DNA of 64,000 nt from an uncultured Methanomassiliicoccales archaeon (GCA_938004075.1 CALKWP010000013.1:11734-75733); one strand, 5' to 3'; shown: positions 47,367 through 57,444, numbered from the stretch's first letter. Numbers and translations are program-made. The notes: generated from the letters alone by a model not told the origin.

Positions 47367-47810
47367 TCACGCCTGCTCGGACAGCCAATCTTTCAGATTC
47401 TGAACCGCCGATTCCCTCTTGGCCGGGTATGCCGCCACTTTCATCCGAACGTCAATCACATCCTTCCCGGTTGCCAGCGCTAGCTCCTCCAGGTATGCCT
47501 TCTGCTTGTCCAATCTGAAATGGAAGGCGCAGCCATCATCTGTTCGGGCATCCACCTGTCCCTCGAGACTGGTAAGAATTCCGGAAGCGCGGAGGCGCTC
47601 CAGGAACCGGTTCATCTGCCCGGATTTTGCCATCTCTATCTCGAAAACAGAGATTGGATTGCCGAAATGGCCCTCGGTCCTGGTGATTGCGATTTCCTCG
47701 ATTCCGGAAGCGAATTGCATCGCCTTGAGCACGCGTTCTTCCACTTCCGTTGCCTGGGAGAAGGCGCGCAAACGTATGCCGAGGAACTTGATGCCTGCCA
47801 TCGGACGCAT
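47367..47810 (-). CDS. Conserved archaeal hypothetical protein (possibly COG1325-like RNA-binding/exosome-associated)
   Basis: ~147 aa from ATG 47810 (MRPMAGIKFLGIRLRAFSQATEVEERV...AFHFRLDKQKAYLEE...). Family assignment from memory only. Confidence 0.3.
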   Translation of the reverse strand: MRPMAGIKFLGIRLRAFSQATEVEERVLKAMQFASGIEEIAITRTEGHFGNPISVFEIEMAKSGQMNRFLERLRASGILTSLEGQVDARTDDGCAFHFRLDKQKAYLEELALATGKDVIDVRMKVAAYPAKRESAVQNLKDWLSEQA

Positions 47811-47900
47811 GATGATATAATGAATGAAATAACTATCCATTATAGGCACAATTGGCGATATAATTATTAATGGAACGGCATTCCTCCCCCGGTGCTTTGA

Positions 47901-48464
47901 ATGATTGAAGTAAGATTTCACGGCAGGGGGGGGCAGGGCGCGGTCATTGCCTCCAATATTCTTGCGGAAGCTGCGTTCATAGAAGGAAAAGAGGTATCTG
48001 CCTTCCCATTCTTCGGAGTGGAGAGAAGGGGAGCCCCGGTTACGGCGTACACCAGGATTGACGCCGACAAGATTCGCAATAAATCCGGCATCTACGCGCC
48101 AGATTTCGTTGTGGTCATGGACCCGTCGCTGCTGGTCGCGGTCAACATAGTCGAGGGGCTGAAGCCCAGTGGCCAGGTGCTGCTCAACACCAGGGCGGAC
48201 CCGGCAAAGCTCCGGGCGAACCTCGGACTCACTGACAATCAGATTCTATCAACGGTTCTGGCCACCGACATCGCGATAAAGCACAGGCTGGGCAGCAAAG
48301 CCGCCCCGATTGTAAACAGCTCCGTTCTGGGGGCTTTTTCCAAAGTCTCCGGAGTCGTCGGAATAGACTCCCTGGTTGAGGCCATCAAGAACAACGTTCC
48401 GATAAAGATCGAGGAGAACGTTGCGGCAGCGAAGGAAGCTTACGATTCGGTGGTGGTACATTGA
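47901..48464 (+). CDS. porG: 2-oxoacid:ferredoxin oxidoreductase gamma subunit (POR/VOR family)
   Basis: MIEVRFHGRGGQGAVIASNILAEAAF... canonical gamma subunit. Confidence 0.85.
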   Translation: MIEVRFHGRGGQGAVIASNILAEAAFIEGKEVSAFPFFGVERRGAPVTAYTRIDADKIRNKSGIYAPDFVVVMDPSLLVAVNIVEGLKPSGQVLLNTRADPAKLRANLGLTDNQILSTVLATDIAIKHRLGSKAAPIVNSSVLGAFSKVSGVVGIDSLVEAIKNNVPIKIEENVAAAKEAYDSVVVH

Positions 48465-48760
48465 CGAAAGAACAGCTGAAAGGCACCTACAAGACCTACC
48501 AGGATTTGCCGCTGACCCCGGTGACCAGCGTCAATTCCGCGGCGAATCGCACCGGATTCTGGAAGACGTTCAAGCCGGTGCTGGACCCGGAGAAATGCAT
48601 CAAATGCGGCATCTGCTGGAAATTCTGCCCGGACGTTGCCGTCAAGATGAAGCCAGGCGAGCTGCCGACATTCGACCTGGAGCATTGCAAGGGCTGCGGA
48701 ATCTGCGCCAACGAGTGCCCCAAGAAAGCGATCACGATGGTCATGGAAGGTGATGTCTGA
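48461..48760 (+). CDS. porD: 2-oxoacid:ferredoxin oxidoreductase delta subunit (2x[4Fe-4S] ferredoxin)
   Basis: CIKCGICWKFCPD and CKGCGICANECP motifs; 99 aa; overlapping starts and stops. Confidence 0.85.
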   Translation: MTKEQLKGTYKTYQDLPLTPVTSVNSAANRTGFWKTFKPVLDPEKCIKCGICWKFCPDVAVKMKPGELPTFDLEHCKGCGICANECPKKAITMVMEGDV

Positions 48761-49938
48761 TGAAAATGGTAATGACTGGCAATTATGCCTCGGCTTACGG
48801 TTCAAAGGTCTGCAGGGCGGAAGTCATCTCGGCTTACCCGATAACGCCGCAGACATCCATTGTGGAGAAAATCGCAACGCTTGTCTCATCCGGAGAAATG
48901 AAGGCCCAGTTCGTCAAGGTGGAGAGCGAGCACAGCGCAATGGCTGCGCTCATCTCAGCGTCCATGGCAGGCGCCAGGACTTACACGGCGACCTCTTCCC
49001 ACGGGCTTCTGCTGATGCACGAGCTCCTGATTTGGGCCGCCGGAGCGCGCACCCCGATAGTCATGAGCAATGTCTGCAGGGCCAACGGCCCGCCGTGGAG
49101 CGTCTGGGTGGACCATCATGACGCCATCGCGCAGCGCGACACCGGGTGGATGCAGGTGTTCTGCGAGGGCAACCAGGAAGTTCTTGATTCCATAATCATG
49201 GGGTACAAGCTGGGCGAGCGCCCCGACATACGCCTTCCCACCATGATAAACGAGGATGCTTTCATTCTCTCGCACACGGTCGAGCCGGTGGACGTTCCTG
49301 AGATGGAAGAAGTCGATGACTTCCTGCCGCCTTACAACCCCAGATTCAAGCTTGACGTTGACGAGCCATACGGCTTCGGAAGCCTGGTCATGCCCGAGAT
49401 GTACATGGAGTTCCGGTACAAGATCAACGAGGCCATGGAGGCCGCTAGGCAGGGCTGGAGGGATGTTGAGAAGGATTTCGAGAAGAAATTCGGCCGCAAC
49501 CACGGCGGCTTGGTGGAATTCTACAAGTGCGAGGACGCGGACTGCGTCCTGATAATGGCCGGGTCAATAGCCAGCACAGCGAAGGATGTCGTTGACAAGC
49601 TCCGCGCCGGGGGAAAGAAGGTCGGACTCGCCAGGATACGCGTATTCAGACCGTTCCCGGTTGAGGAGATTCGGAAACTTGCTGGTATGACCAACATCAT
49701 CAGCATGTGCGACCACTCCTACACATTCGGGCACTGCGGACCCATGGCCCAGGAGGTCAGGGGCGCGCTTTACGGGCTTGCTGACAAACCCACTGTCAAG
49801 AATTACATAGTCGGGCTGGGTGGCAAGGACATGACGCCGGACGTGATTGAGAAGATATACCTCAAGACTCTGGCGCTCAAGGGCGGCCCAGACCAGGAAA
49901 TCGAATGGATAGGCGTCAAGGGACATGGAGGCTGGTAA
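48760..49938 (+). CDS. porA: 2-oxoacid:ferredoxin oxidoreductase alpha subunit
   Basis: 392 aa; MKMVMTGNYASAYGSKVCRAEVISAYPITPQT... typical alpha subunit. Confidence 0.85.
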   Translation: MKMVMTGNYASAYGSKVCRAEVISAYPITPQTSIVEKIATLVSSGEMKAQFVKVESEHSAMAALISASMAGARTYTATSSHGLLLMHELLIWAAGARTPIVMSNVCRANGPPWSVWVDHHDAIAQRDTGWMQVFCEGNQEVLDSIIMGYKLGERPDIRLPTMINEDAFILSHTVEPVDVPEMEEVDDFLPPYNPRFKLDVDEPYGFGSLVMPEMYMEFRYKINEAMEAARQGWRDVEKDFEKKFGRNHGGLVEFYKCEDADCVLIMAGSIASTAKDVVDKLRAGGKKVGLARIRVFRPFPVEEIRKLAGMTNIISMCDHSYTFGHCGPMAQEVRGALYGLADKPTVKNYIVGLGGKDMTPDVIEKIYLKTLALKGGPDQEIEWIGVKGHGGW

Positions 49939-49939
49939 C

Positions 49940-50848
49940 ATGGCAAAATTCACAATTCCGGAAGAAGAGTACATGAACCCCGGTCACGTCGGCTGTCTCG
50001 GGTGCGGCGCGTGCCACGCCATGCGCTACACGCTCAAGGCCCTGGGCCCAAAGACGATGATGAGCATTCCGGCCTGCTGCTGGGCTGTGATGCCCGGGCC
50101 ATTCCCGCTGAAGTGTCTGGAAGTTCCTCTGATAAACACGGCTTTCGAAGTTACTGGAGCTTCCATTTCCGGGATAAAGGCTGCGCTCGATGCGAAGGGC
50201 ATTAAAGATGTCACCGTCGTGGGATTTGCCGGGGACGGCGGAACCGCCGACATCGGAATTCAAGCACTATCCGGCATGGTCGAGCGCGGAACCGACGTCA
50301 TTTACATAATGTATGATAATGAGGCCTACATGAATACCGGCATCCAGAGGTCCTCATCAACGCCCGTGGGCGCTTGGACTACCACCACACCGGTGGGCGA
50401 GACCAAGGACTGGAAGCGCCAGCCCAAGAAGAACATGATGGACATCATGGTGGCGCACAAGATTCCATACGCGGCAACGTGCAGCGTCGGGTACCCCGAG
50501 GACATGATAAAGAAGCTGCAGAAGGCCAAGAGCATCCGCGGCCCGAAGTTCATCCAGATATATGCGCCATGCCCAACAGGATGGCGCATGCAGCCCGAGA
50601 AGACAATAGAAGTCTGCAGGCTGGCTATAGATACCGCTGCCTACCCGCTTTACGAGGTGGAGAACGGCGTCTACACCATCAGCCGCAAGCCAAAAGAGCT
50701 GAAATCAATCAAGGATTACATGGCCATCCAGGGCCGGTTCAGGCATCTGCCCGAGGAGGAGGTGGAGGCCATCCAGAGAACCGTGAAATGGGAATGGAAC
50801 CGCCTGCTGAAGCTTGAGACATTCACAAAGGAGCTGGTTGAAGGATGA
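49940..50848 (+). CDS. porB: 2-oxoacid:ferredoxin oxidoreductase beta subunit (TPP-binding)
   Basis: ...GCLGCGACHAM... 4Fe-4S Cys and ...GFAGDGGTADIG... TPP-binding motif. ATG 49940 follows porA stop. Confidence 0.85.
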   Translation: MAKFTIPEEEYMNPGHVGCLGCGACHAMRYTLKALGPKTMMSIPACCWAVMPGPFPLKCLEVPLINTAFEVTGASISGIKAALDAKGIKDVTVVGFAGDGGTADIGIQALSGMVERGTDVIYIMYDNEAYMNTGIQRSSSTPVGAWTTTTPVGETKDWKRQPKKNMMDIMVAHKIPYAATCSVGYPEDMIKKLQKAKSIRGPKFIQIYAPCPTGWRMQPEKTIEVCRLAIDTAAYPLYEVENGVYTISRKPKELKSIKDYMAIQGRFRHLPEEEVEAIQRTVKWEWNRLLKLETFTKELVEG

Positions 50849-52713
50849 GCCAGCTTCTTTCCAAGGAGAAGGGCAAGAAGATGTTCCTCCTGGGCAACGA
50901 GGCCATAGTCAGGGGCTCGCTCGAGGCGGGGCTGGATTTTGCGGCCTGCTATCCGGGAACGCCGTCCTCCGAGATCGGAAACACGTTCTACGAGATTGGC
51001 AAGGAAGCCAATGTCTACTTCGAATTCTCCACCAACGAGAAGGTCGCGATGGAGGTGGCGGCCGCGGCCTCAGCATGCGGCCTCAGATCAATGACGTTCA
51101 TGAAGCATGTCGGGCTTAATGTCGCGGCGGACGCATTCATGACTGTCGCTTACACAGGTGTCCGTGGCGGATTTGTAATAATCTCTGCGGACGACCCAGG
51201 CTGCCATTCCAGCCAGAACGAGCAGGACAATCGCTACTATGCGAGGATTGCCAAGGTGCCGATGCTGGAGCCGGTAAACGCACAGGAGGCGAAGGAAATG
51301 ACTCACTTCGCTTTCAAGATGTCTGAGGAAATCGGAATGCCGGTCATGCTCCGCACCACTACGAGGCTCAATCACGTCCGCGGCGCGGTCGTCACCGGCG
51401 AGCTCGGCCCCCAGCGCGGCAAGGGGCATTTCGACAAGGACCCGAAGAAATTCGTGACCATACCGTCGCACGCCAGGGTTGATCATGTCCTCCTTCTGGA
51501 GCGCATGGCAAGAGCTCTAGCCATCTCTGAAAAATCCGAATTCAACAGCATCATCGACATGGGCGGTTCCGAGTACGGGGTCATAACATCCGGCGTTGCC
51601 TACAATTACGTCGCGGATGTAATGGCTGCCGCCGGGATAAAGGGCAAGATACTGAAGCTGGGAATGACCTGGCCCCTGCCGGAAAAGATGATGAAAGAAT
51701 TCATCAAGTCCGTTGACAAGATCGTCATCGCAGAGGAAGGCGAGCCGCTCCTGGAGAACGAGGTCCTGGCGCTGGCCAAGGAAGCAAATCCGAAAGTCAG
51801 GGTTTACGGGAAGCGCTCCGGCCATTTCTCAGTCATGGGTGAGTATGATCCTGACGTCATGAAGGCGGGATTCTCCAAGATAACAGGAAAGGACCTCATG
51901 CCGAAGGGCGTGCACAAGCCCAGCATGGAGATACCGGTGAGGCCGCCGTCCCTCTGCCCTGGCTGCCCCCACCGTTCCACTTACTATGCAGCGAAACGCG
52001 CCCTGAAGCAGAATTTCAAGGAAGCGATATTCTCCAGCGACATAGGATGCTACACCCTGGGAATCCAGGATCCGATGAACACCGCGGATTTCCTGCTGTG
52101 CATGGGCTCCAGCGTTGACGCTGCGGGCGGGTTCTCGAAGGCCACAGACCAGCCGGTGCTGGCTTACCTCGGAGACTCGACATTCTTCCATTCCGGAATT
52201 CACGGCGTTGTCAATGCCGTGTACAACCGCCACAAGTTCGTCTACACGATACTGGATAACAGAACCACTGCCATGACAGGCCACCAGCCCAACCCCGGCA
52301 TGGGCACCGACGGCCGAGGCAATCCCGCGCCGATGGTGTCGATTGAAGACATCATCAAGGGCTGCGGCGTTGATTTCATTCGCACTGTGGACACGAGCGA
52401 CATCAAGGAGATGCAGAAAGCGTATGAAGACGCGCTGGCTCACGATAAACTTGCGGTGATAATCGCAAAGAGGGAATGCGTACTCCTGGAAGTGAGAGCT
52501 AGAAAGAAATCCGGAGACTTCAAAACCTGGCAGATAAACCAAGAGGAATGCAAGAAATGCCAGGTGTGCATCAAGACATGGGGCTGCCCCGCGATTTACC
52601 TGGCCGAGGATGGAACCGTCCACATCAATGAAGGAATCTGCAACGGCTGCGGCATCTGCGCGAAGGTCTGCCCGTTCAAGGCCATACATGAGAACACGGA
52701 GGCGAGAAAATGA
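50845..52713 (+). CDS. iorA: Indolepyruvate:ferredoxin oxidoreductase alpha subunit
   Basis: 622 aa; MSQLLSKEKGKKMFLLGNEAIVRG...; TPP domain plus C-terminal CKKCQVCIKTWGCPA/CNGCGICAKVCP ferredoxin. Confidence 0.85.
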   Translation: MSQLLSKEKGKKMFLLGNEAIVRGSLEAGLDFAACYPGTPSSEIGNTFYEIGKEANVYFEFSTNEKVAMEVAAAASACGLRSMTFMKHVGLNVAADAFMTVAYTGVRGGFVIISADDPGCHSSQNEQDNRYYARIAKVPMLEPVNAQEAKEMTHFAFKMSEEIGMPVMLRTTTRLNHVRGAVVTGELGPQRGKGHFDKDPKKFVTIPSHARVDHVLLLERMARALAISEKSEFNSIIDMGGSEYGVITSGVAYNYVADVMAAAGIKGKILKLGMTWPLPEKMMKEFIKSVDKIVIAEEGEPLLENEVLALAKEANPKVRVYGKRSGHFSVMGEYDPDVMKAGFSKITGKDLMPKGVHKPSMEIPVRPPSLCPGCPHRSTYYAAKRALKQNFKEAIFSSDIGCYTLGIQDPMNTADFLLCMGSSVDAAGGFSKATDQPVLAYLGDSTFFHSGIHGVVNAVYNRHKFVYTILDNRTTAMTGHQPNPGMGTDGRGNPAPMVSIEDIIKGCGVDFIRTVDTSDIKEMQKAYEDALAHDKLAVIIAKRECVLLEVRARKKSGDFKTWQINQEECKKCQVCIKTWGCPAIYLAEDGTVHINEGICNGCGICAKVCPFKAIHENTEARK

Positions 52714-53297
52714 CCAGGATAGTCGTTGTGGGAGTCGGCGGCCAGGGAGTGCTGTTCGCGTCGAAGGTGATCTCTGAGGCTGCGCTGGCGGACGGAAAGA
52801 ACGCGGTCATGAGCGAGGTCCACGGCATGGCCCAGCGCGGCGGCGTTGTCATGTGCAATATCTGCGTGGGATGCATCGAAAGTTCGCTTGTCGGTGATGC
52901 CGAAGCAGACATCATATTCGCCTTCGAGCCCATGGAAGCGTACCGGGCACTGCCCAAAGCCAACAAGGGCACAAGATTCGTCACCAGCACTTCCAAGGTA
53001 GTGCCAGTTGTCGTGTCGATCGGCAAGCAGAAATATCCGGATATAAACGCCATGTTCGATGAGATAAAATCCATCACGCCGAAGCTCACCGCTGTTGACG
53101 CCGACAAACTGGCGATTCAGGCCGGCTCTTACGTCGCTGCCAACTCGGTCCTGCTGGGGGCCCTTGCCGGAACTGCTGAGTGCCCGGTTTCCCTGGAGAA
53201 GATGAAGGAAGCGCTGAAGAACACCGTTCCTCCAAAGATGCTGGACATTAACATGAAAGCCTTCCAGCTGGGTTATGCCGCCGCTCAGGGATTGTAG
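52710..53297 (+). CDS. iorB: Indolepyruvate:ferredoxin oxidoreductase beta subunit
   Basis: 195 aa; MTRIVVVGVGGQGVLFASKVI... POR-gamma-like fold of IorB. Confidence 0.85.
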   Translation: MTRIVVVGVGGQGVLFASKVISEAALADGKNAVMSEVHGMAQRGGVVMCNICVGCIESSLVGDAEADIIFAFEPMEAYRALPKANKGTRFVTSTSKVVPVVVSIGKQKYPDINAMFDEIKSITPKLTAVDADKLAIQAGSYVAANSVLLGALAGTAECPVSLEKMKEALKNTVPPKMLDINMKAFQLGYAAAQGL

Positions 53298-53302
53298 GTT
53301 AA

Positions 53303-53680
53303 TTACCCGAGCAGCGCCTTGTACTCCGCTGCGGAAATCAGGTCCGGGGAGTTGGCATTGGCGGTTTCGACAATGGCCAGCCATCCCTTTCCATAAGCGT
53401 CCGCGTTGATGTCGCCAGGCGAGTTCTCCAGGTCGGAATTGACTTCGATGACCTTGCCGGAGACAGGTGAATAAACATCGCTGGTGCTCTTGACGGACTC
53501 GACTGTCGCGATCGCGTCGCCGGCCTTGACTACCTGGCCGATCTTGGGCAGTTCGATGTAGACAATGTCGGTAAGCTCTTCCTGCGCGTGATCGGTGATG
53601 CCGACGGTTACGCGGCTGCCCTCTATCCTGGCCCATTCATGCTTCTTCGTGTATTTCAAATTGTCCGGAACGTTGCTCAT
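53303..53680 (-). CDS. gcvH: Glycine cleavage system H protein (lipoyl carrier)
   Basis: 125 aa; ...ATVESVKSTSDVYSPVSGKV... lipoyl-lysine motif. Confidence 0.85.
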   Translation of the reverse strand: MSNVPDNLKYTKKHEWARIEGSRVTVGITDHAQEELTDIVYIELPKIGQVVKAGDAIATVESVKSTSDVYSPVSGKVIEVNSDLENSPGDINADAYGKGWLAIVETANANSPDLISAAEYKALLG

Positions 53681-53793
53681 GGTCTCGACCTTCCTGAGAC
53701 GGTATTGCCTGAAAGGTATAAATTTTACCGTGGGATTTCGCCATCACGTTTTTATAAGAACCCGGTTTTGCCCGGAAGCAAGGAGAAATCATC
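53681..53793. promoter_or_regulatory. Divergent promoter region with TATA-like GGTATAAATTTT and GTTTTTATAAGAAC; GGAG RBS before CoADR start
   Basis: AT-rich boxes in intergenic spacer between gcvH (-) and CoADR-rhodanese (+). Confidence 0.4.
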
Positions 53794-55458
53794 ATGCAGG
53801 AATACGAACTTATCGTCATAGGCGGCGTTGCCGCGGGGACAAAAGCCGCTGCCAAATCAAGGCGGGAGCAGCCGGACTGGAGAATTGCCATCATAACGAG
53901 GGATGACGATGTTTCGTATGCGGGTTGCGGCCTTCCCTACTTCATCGGAAACGTCATCCAGAACCGTGCGCAGCTTGTTGTCCGCACGCCAGAGACACTC
54001 CGCCAGAATCACAACATTGATGTGTTCACAAGGCACAATGCGGTCAGCATTGACAGGGTGAAGCACACCGTTTCAGTGGAGAAATTGGATTCGAGTGAGA
54101 AACTTGAGTTCAGATACGGAAAGCTTCTCCTTGCCACCGGCGCCAGCGCAATGAGGCCGCCAATACCCGGCATTGATTCAAAGAGGATTCACACTCTGAG
54201 GTCAGTCACCGATGCCGACGCGATACTGGCATCCATGAGAGAGAAAGCCGGAAAAGCGGTTGTTGTCGGCGGGGGATTCATCGGCATCGAGACAGCGGAG
54301 AACCTGAAGCACCGCGGCTGGGACGTCACAGTCGTTGAGATGCTGCCCCAGATACTGCCCCCTTTCGATTTGGAGATTGCGCTCATGATGCAGAAGCATC
54401 TGGAGAATCACGGCGTGAAGGTCCTCACCGGCACCTGCGTCCAGTCATTCTCAGAAAAAGGCAGCGCTGTGGAGGTTGCCACCAGCGGCGGGAATTTCAC
54501 TGCCGACCTGGTCATACTCTCCATCGGCATAAAACCGAATAACGAGCTGGCGCGCGATGCTGGCCTAGTGCTCGGATGCCGCAACACCATCCGCGTTGAC
54601 GCGGGCGGCCGCACATCCGACCCGGATATTTACGCTGCAGGCGACTGCGCCAGCACTTTCCACATTCTCAACGGCTGCGAGGCATGGTCGCCGATGGGCT
54701 CAACGGCGAACAAGCAGGCCAGGCAGGCCGCGCTCACTCTGACCGGAACCGATTCCGAATTCCCCGGAGTATTGGGGACAATGGTGGTCAGGGCCTTCGG
54801 GTATTCGGCTGCCAGAACAGGAATGAATGAGAGGGAGGCGAAAGAGGCCGGGATGAATGCCATTTCAGTTCTCGTTCCGGCTGACGACAGGGCGCATTAC
54901 TACCCTGGCAGCGAGAAGATTGCCATCAAGCTCATCGCAAACGCCGACTCGGGTGAGATACTGGGCTGCCAGACCTACGGCATGGGCGACATTGACAAAC
55001 CACTGGACGCGATTGCAGTGGCCATCACCATGGGCGCCACCGCCCATGACATAGCCCATGTGGATTTCGCTTACGCGCCGCCCTTCTCGACCGCCATAAA
55101 TCCGGTTAATCTGGCGTGCTATGTCCTCCAGAACAAGCTGTCCGGAAAGCTGGAAAGCATCGGCCCGATCGAAGCCCAGCGCATGATAGAATCACCTGAC
55201 TGGGACGGGTTGCTCCTGGACCCCAGGGAGGAGCCGGAGTTCATGATCGGAACGGTTCCCGGCGCAGTCAACATACCCATTCACGAGTTCCCTGCCAGGC
55301 TGCAAGAGGTTGAGGCCTACAAGGAGAAGACGGTGCTCGTTGTCTGCAACTATGGCAAGAGGGCGTTCGAAGCGTATGTCCGACTCAAGCATAATGGATT
55401 CATCAGGGCAAAAGTATTAGAGGGCGGAACGAAATTCTGGCCTTACGAGATAGAGTAG
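53794..55458 (+). CDS. CoA-disulfide reductase / NAD(P)H sulfur-reductase-like flavoprotein fused to C-terminal rhodanese domain
   Basis: LIVIGGVAAG (FAD), redox Cys in SYAGCGLPY, second dinucleotide site VVVGGGFIG. C-terminal ~100 aa with rhodanese active-site CNYGKR. Confidence 0.8.
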   Translation: MQEYELIVIGGVAAGTKAAAKSRREQPDWRIAIITRDDDVSYAGCGLPYFIGNVIQNRAQLVVRTPETLRQNHNIDVFTRHNAVSIDRVKHTVSVEKLDSSEKLEFRYGKLLLATGASAMRPPIPGIDSKRIHTLRSVTDADAILASMREKAGKAVVVGGGFIGIETAENLKHRGWDVTVVEMLPQILPPFDLEIALMMQKHLENHGVKVLTGTCVQSFSEKGSAVEVATSGGNFTADLVILSIGIKPNNELARDAGLVLGCRNTIRVDAGGRTSDPDIYAAGDCASTFHILNGCEAWSPMGSTANKQARQAALTLTGTDSEFPGVLGTMVVRAFGYSAARTGMNEREAKEAGMNAISVLVPADDRAHYYPGSEKIAIKLIANADSGEILGCQTYGMGDIDKPLDAIAVAITMGATAHDIAHVDFAYAPPFSTAINPVNLACYVLQNKLSGKLESIGPIEAQRMIESPDWDGLLLDPREEPEFMIGTVPGAVNIPIHEFPARLQEVEAYKEKTVLVVCNYGKRAFEAYVRLKHNGFIRAKVLEGGTKFWPYEIE

Positions 55459-55467
55459 GTGAGTGAA

Positions 55468-55689
55468 ATGGCAGTAAAGGAAATAGATGCCAGAGGGATG
55501 CAGTGCCCCGGACCGATAGTCGAAGTCTTCAAGGCCATCAAAGCCGCCCAGCCCGGCGATGAGATCAAGATTCAAGTCACTGACAAGGGGTTCCTCGAGG
55601 ACATCAAGACATGGTGCAGGAAGACCGGGAATATCCTGGTCTCGCTGGAGGACGGCCAGCCGATAAAGGCGACAATCAGGAAGAAGTAG
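55468..55689 (+). CDS. TusA-like sulfurtransferase (CPxP motif)
   Basis: MAVKEIDARGMQCPGPIVEVFKAIKAAQPGDEIKI... (alternative GTG start 55459). Confidence 0.8.
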   Translation: MAVKEIDARGMQCPGPIVEVFKAIKAAQPGDEIKIQVTDKGFLEDIKTWCRKTGNILVSLEDGQPIKATIRKK

Positions 55690-55696
55690 GAGCAGA

Positions 55697-55933
55697 ATGA
55701 CAGAGCACAGGGTGGATGTGAAAGGAAAAGCCTGCCCGCAGCCGATAATGGAGACGGCCAGGGCTATGAAGGCTGCAGCGCCAGGCGACATCATCATCGT
55801 CGAGGCGACCGATGTCGGGTTCTACAACGACATCACGGCCTGGTGCAAGAAGACCGGCAATGAACTTATTTCACTTGAGAAGCGCATCTCGATTTACGTT
55901 GTAAAGATAAAGAAACAGGAGATATTGAAATGA
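55697..55933 (+). CDS. TusA-like sulfurtransferase, second copy
   Basis: MTEHRVDVKGKACPQPIMETARAMKAAAPGDIIIV... Confidence 0.8.
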   Translation: MTEHRVDVKGKACPQPIMETARAMKAAAPGDIIIVEATDVGFYNDITAWCKKTGNELISLEKRISIYVVKIKKQEILK

Positions 55934-56391
55934 CGAAAAACGCGATAATAATGTTCAGCGGGGACTTCGACAAGGCCATGGCGGGCATGATAATAGCCAA
56001 CGGAGCCGCGGCCATGGGGAATGATGTGACTATTTTCTTCACGTTCTGGGGCCTGAATCTTCTCAGGAAGCCGCAGAAGGTCAAGGTCAAGAAGACCATG
56101 ATGGACGCCATGTTCGGCAGCATGATGCCCAGAGGTCCGCAAGCCGCCAAGCTCTCCAAGATGTCCTGGGCCACCGGCCAGATGAAGAAGACCATGAAGA
56201 AGAAACACGTCCAGGAGATAACGGAGCTCATGGAACAGGCCAAGGCCATGGGAGTGAAATTCATCGCCTGCACGATGTCCATGGATGTCATGGGGATTCA
56301 GAAGGAAGAGCTCATAGACGGGCTGGAGTTCGCCGGGGTTGCCACTTACATCGGGACCGCGGATGAGAGCACAATAACGCTGTTCATCTAG
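55930..56391 (+). CDS. DsrE/DsrF-like family protein
   Basis: 153 aa; MTKNAIIMFSGDFDKAMAGMIIANGAAAMGNDVTIFFTFWGLNLL... fold pattern. Conserved Cys in FIACTMS. Confidence 0.6.
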   Translation: MTKNAIIMFSGDFDKAMAGMIIANGAAAMGNDVTIFFTFWGLNLLRKPQKVKVKKTMMDAMFGSMMPRGPQAAKLSKMSWATGQMKKTMKKKHVQEITELMEQAKAMGVKFIACTMSMDVMGIQKEELIDGLEFAGVATYIGTADESTITLFI

Positions 56392-57407
56392 AACCAGGAG
56401 TCGAGGCTTCTCTGCGCCCTCGTCTTCTGCCCCAGCTCTATCTTGTCCAGAGTTGCCTGCAATCTCTGGCTGGAGAATTCAAAATCATCGCACAGCAATG
56501 CCTCGATTGCCGGGCGGTCCATGGCGCCCCATTCCAGCGCGTAGTTATCTTTCACCGCAGGCTTAAGGAACATCTGCCTGATGTTCTCAAATCCGGGTAC
56601 ATCAAGGTTCTTGGCTTCTATCGCTGCCTGGCCGCTGCCAAATTCCTTGATCAGCTTCAGTGCTTTCTTGGGGCCGATGCCCTTGACTCCCGGGTTAAAA
56701 TCGGTTCCTATGATGACGCCCATGTCCACCAGCTGCTCGCGTGTGACGCCCAGAGCGCCGAGAACATCCGCCAGCCTCAGGATTTCCGGAACCACGTCAA
56801 CATAAACGTTCCTGCGGGGCATTTTCCTTCTTCCAGATAGCGTGAGATTGCGAATGAGAACAGGAGCGCCGAACAGCAGCGCGTCATAATCCTGGGACGC
56901 GGCCGCGTAAACATCCCCTTTCTGGGCCATGTAGCTGGCCTGGGCCTCCCCTTCCTCTTCGGCATCCACTGAGGGGACGCCCATGTACCCCAATAGCGTT
57001 TTCGCCTGGGCGACCATGTCCTTGGTGAGCTTCGAGGTCTGCTGGGCTTTTATCCTGGCGGTCTCCATGTCCCCGGCTTTCAGCGCCTCTTCCCACTGGG
57101 TCATGGCCTTCTCCTTGCGCTGGCGCCGTTCCTGCAGGGTCCCGGCCTTCAGGGCATTGGGCTTGCCGTCGAACACATAAACAGGTTTTATGCCGGCTTC
57201 AAGAAGGTTCGCCGTCCTGTGGAATGTTCCGGAAAGGTGTGAAGTCACCCTGCCCCTTGAGTCGGTGAGCGGCGAGCCGTCGGCCTGGCGTATGCTGCTT
57301 AGGAACTGGTAGAGCGCGTTGTAGCCGTCTATTGCAACCGTGCGGCCTTTCAGGTCCTTCAGCGTGCATGGCTTCGGCTCCAGTATGTCGGACAGGTCTA
57401 TCCCCAT
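56388..57407 (-). CDS. fen: Flap endonuclease 1
   Basis: 339 aa; MGIDLSDIL...AIDGYNALYQF...; XPG-N/XPG-I and H3TH (GIGPKKALKLI). Confidence 0.9.
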   Translation of the reverse strand: MGIDLSDILEPKPCTLKDLKGRTVAIDGYNALYQFLSSIRQADGSPLTDSRGRVTSHLSGTFHRTANLLEAGIKPVYVFDGKPNALKAGTLQERRQRKEKAMTQWEEALKAGDMETARIKAQQTSKLTKDMVAQAKTLLGYMGVPSVDAEEEGEAQASYMAQKGDVYAAASQDYDALLFGAPVLIRNLTLSGRRKMPRRNVYVDVVPEILRLADVLGALGVTREQLVDMGVIIGTDFNPGVKGIGPKKALKLIKEFGSGQAAIEAKNLDVPGFENIRQMFLKPAVKDNYALEWGAMDRPAIEALLCDDFEFSSQRLQATLDKIELGQKTRAQRSLDSWF

Positions 57408-57444
57408 GAGCGGGGGAATGGGCTACCGATTAATGGTCTTTTCC

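Noticed and set aside
52596-53636. 346-aa minus-strand ORF
   Set aside because: Overlaps iorB (+) and gcvH (- in another frame); Arg/Gly/His-rich, no homology.
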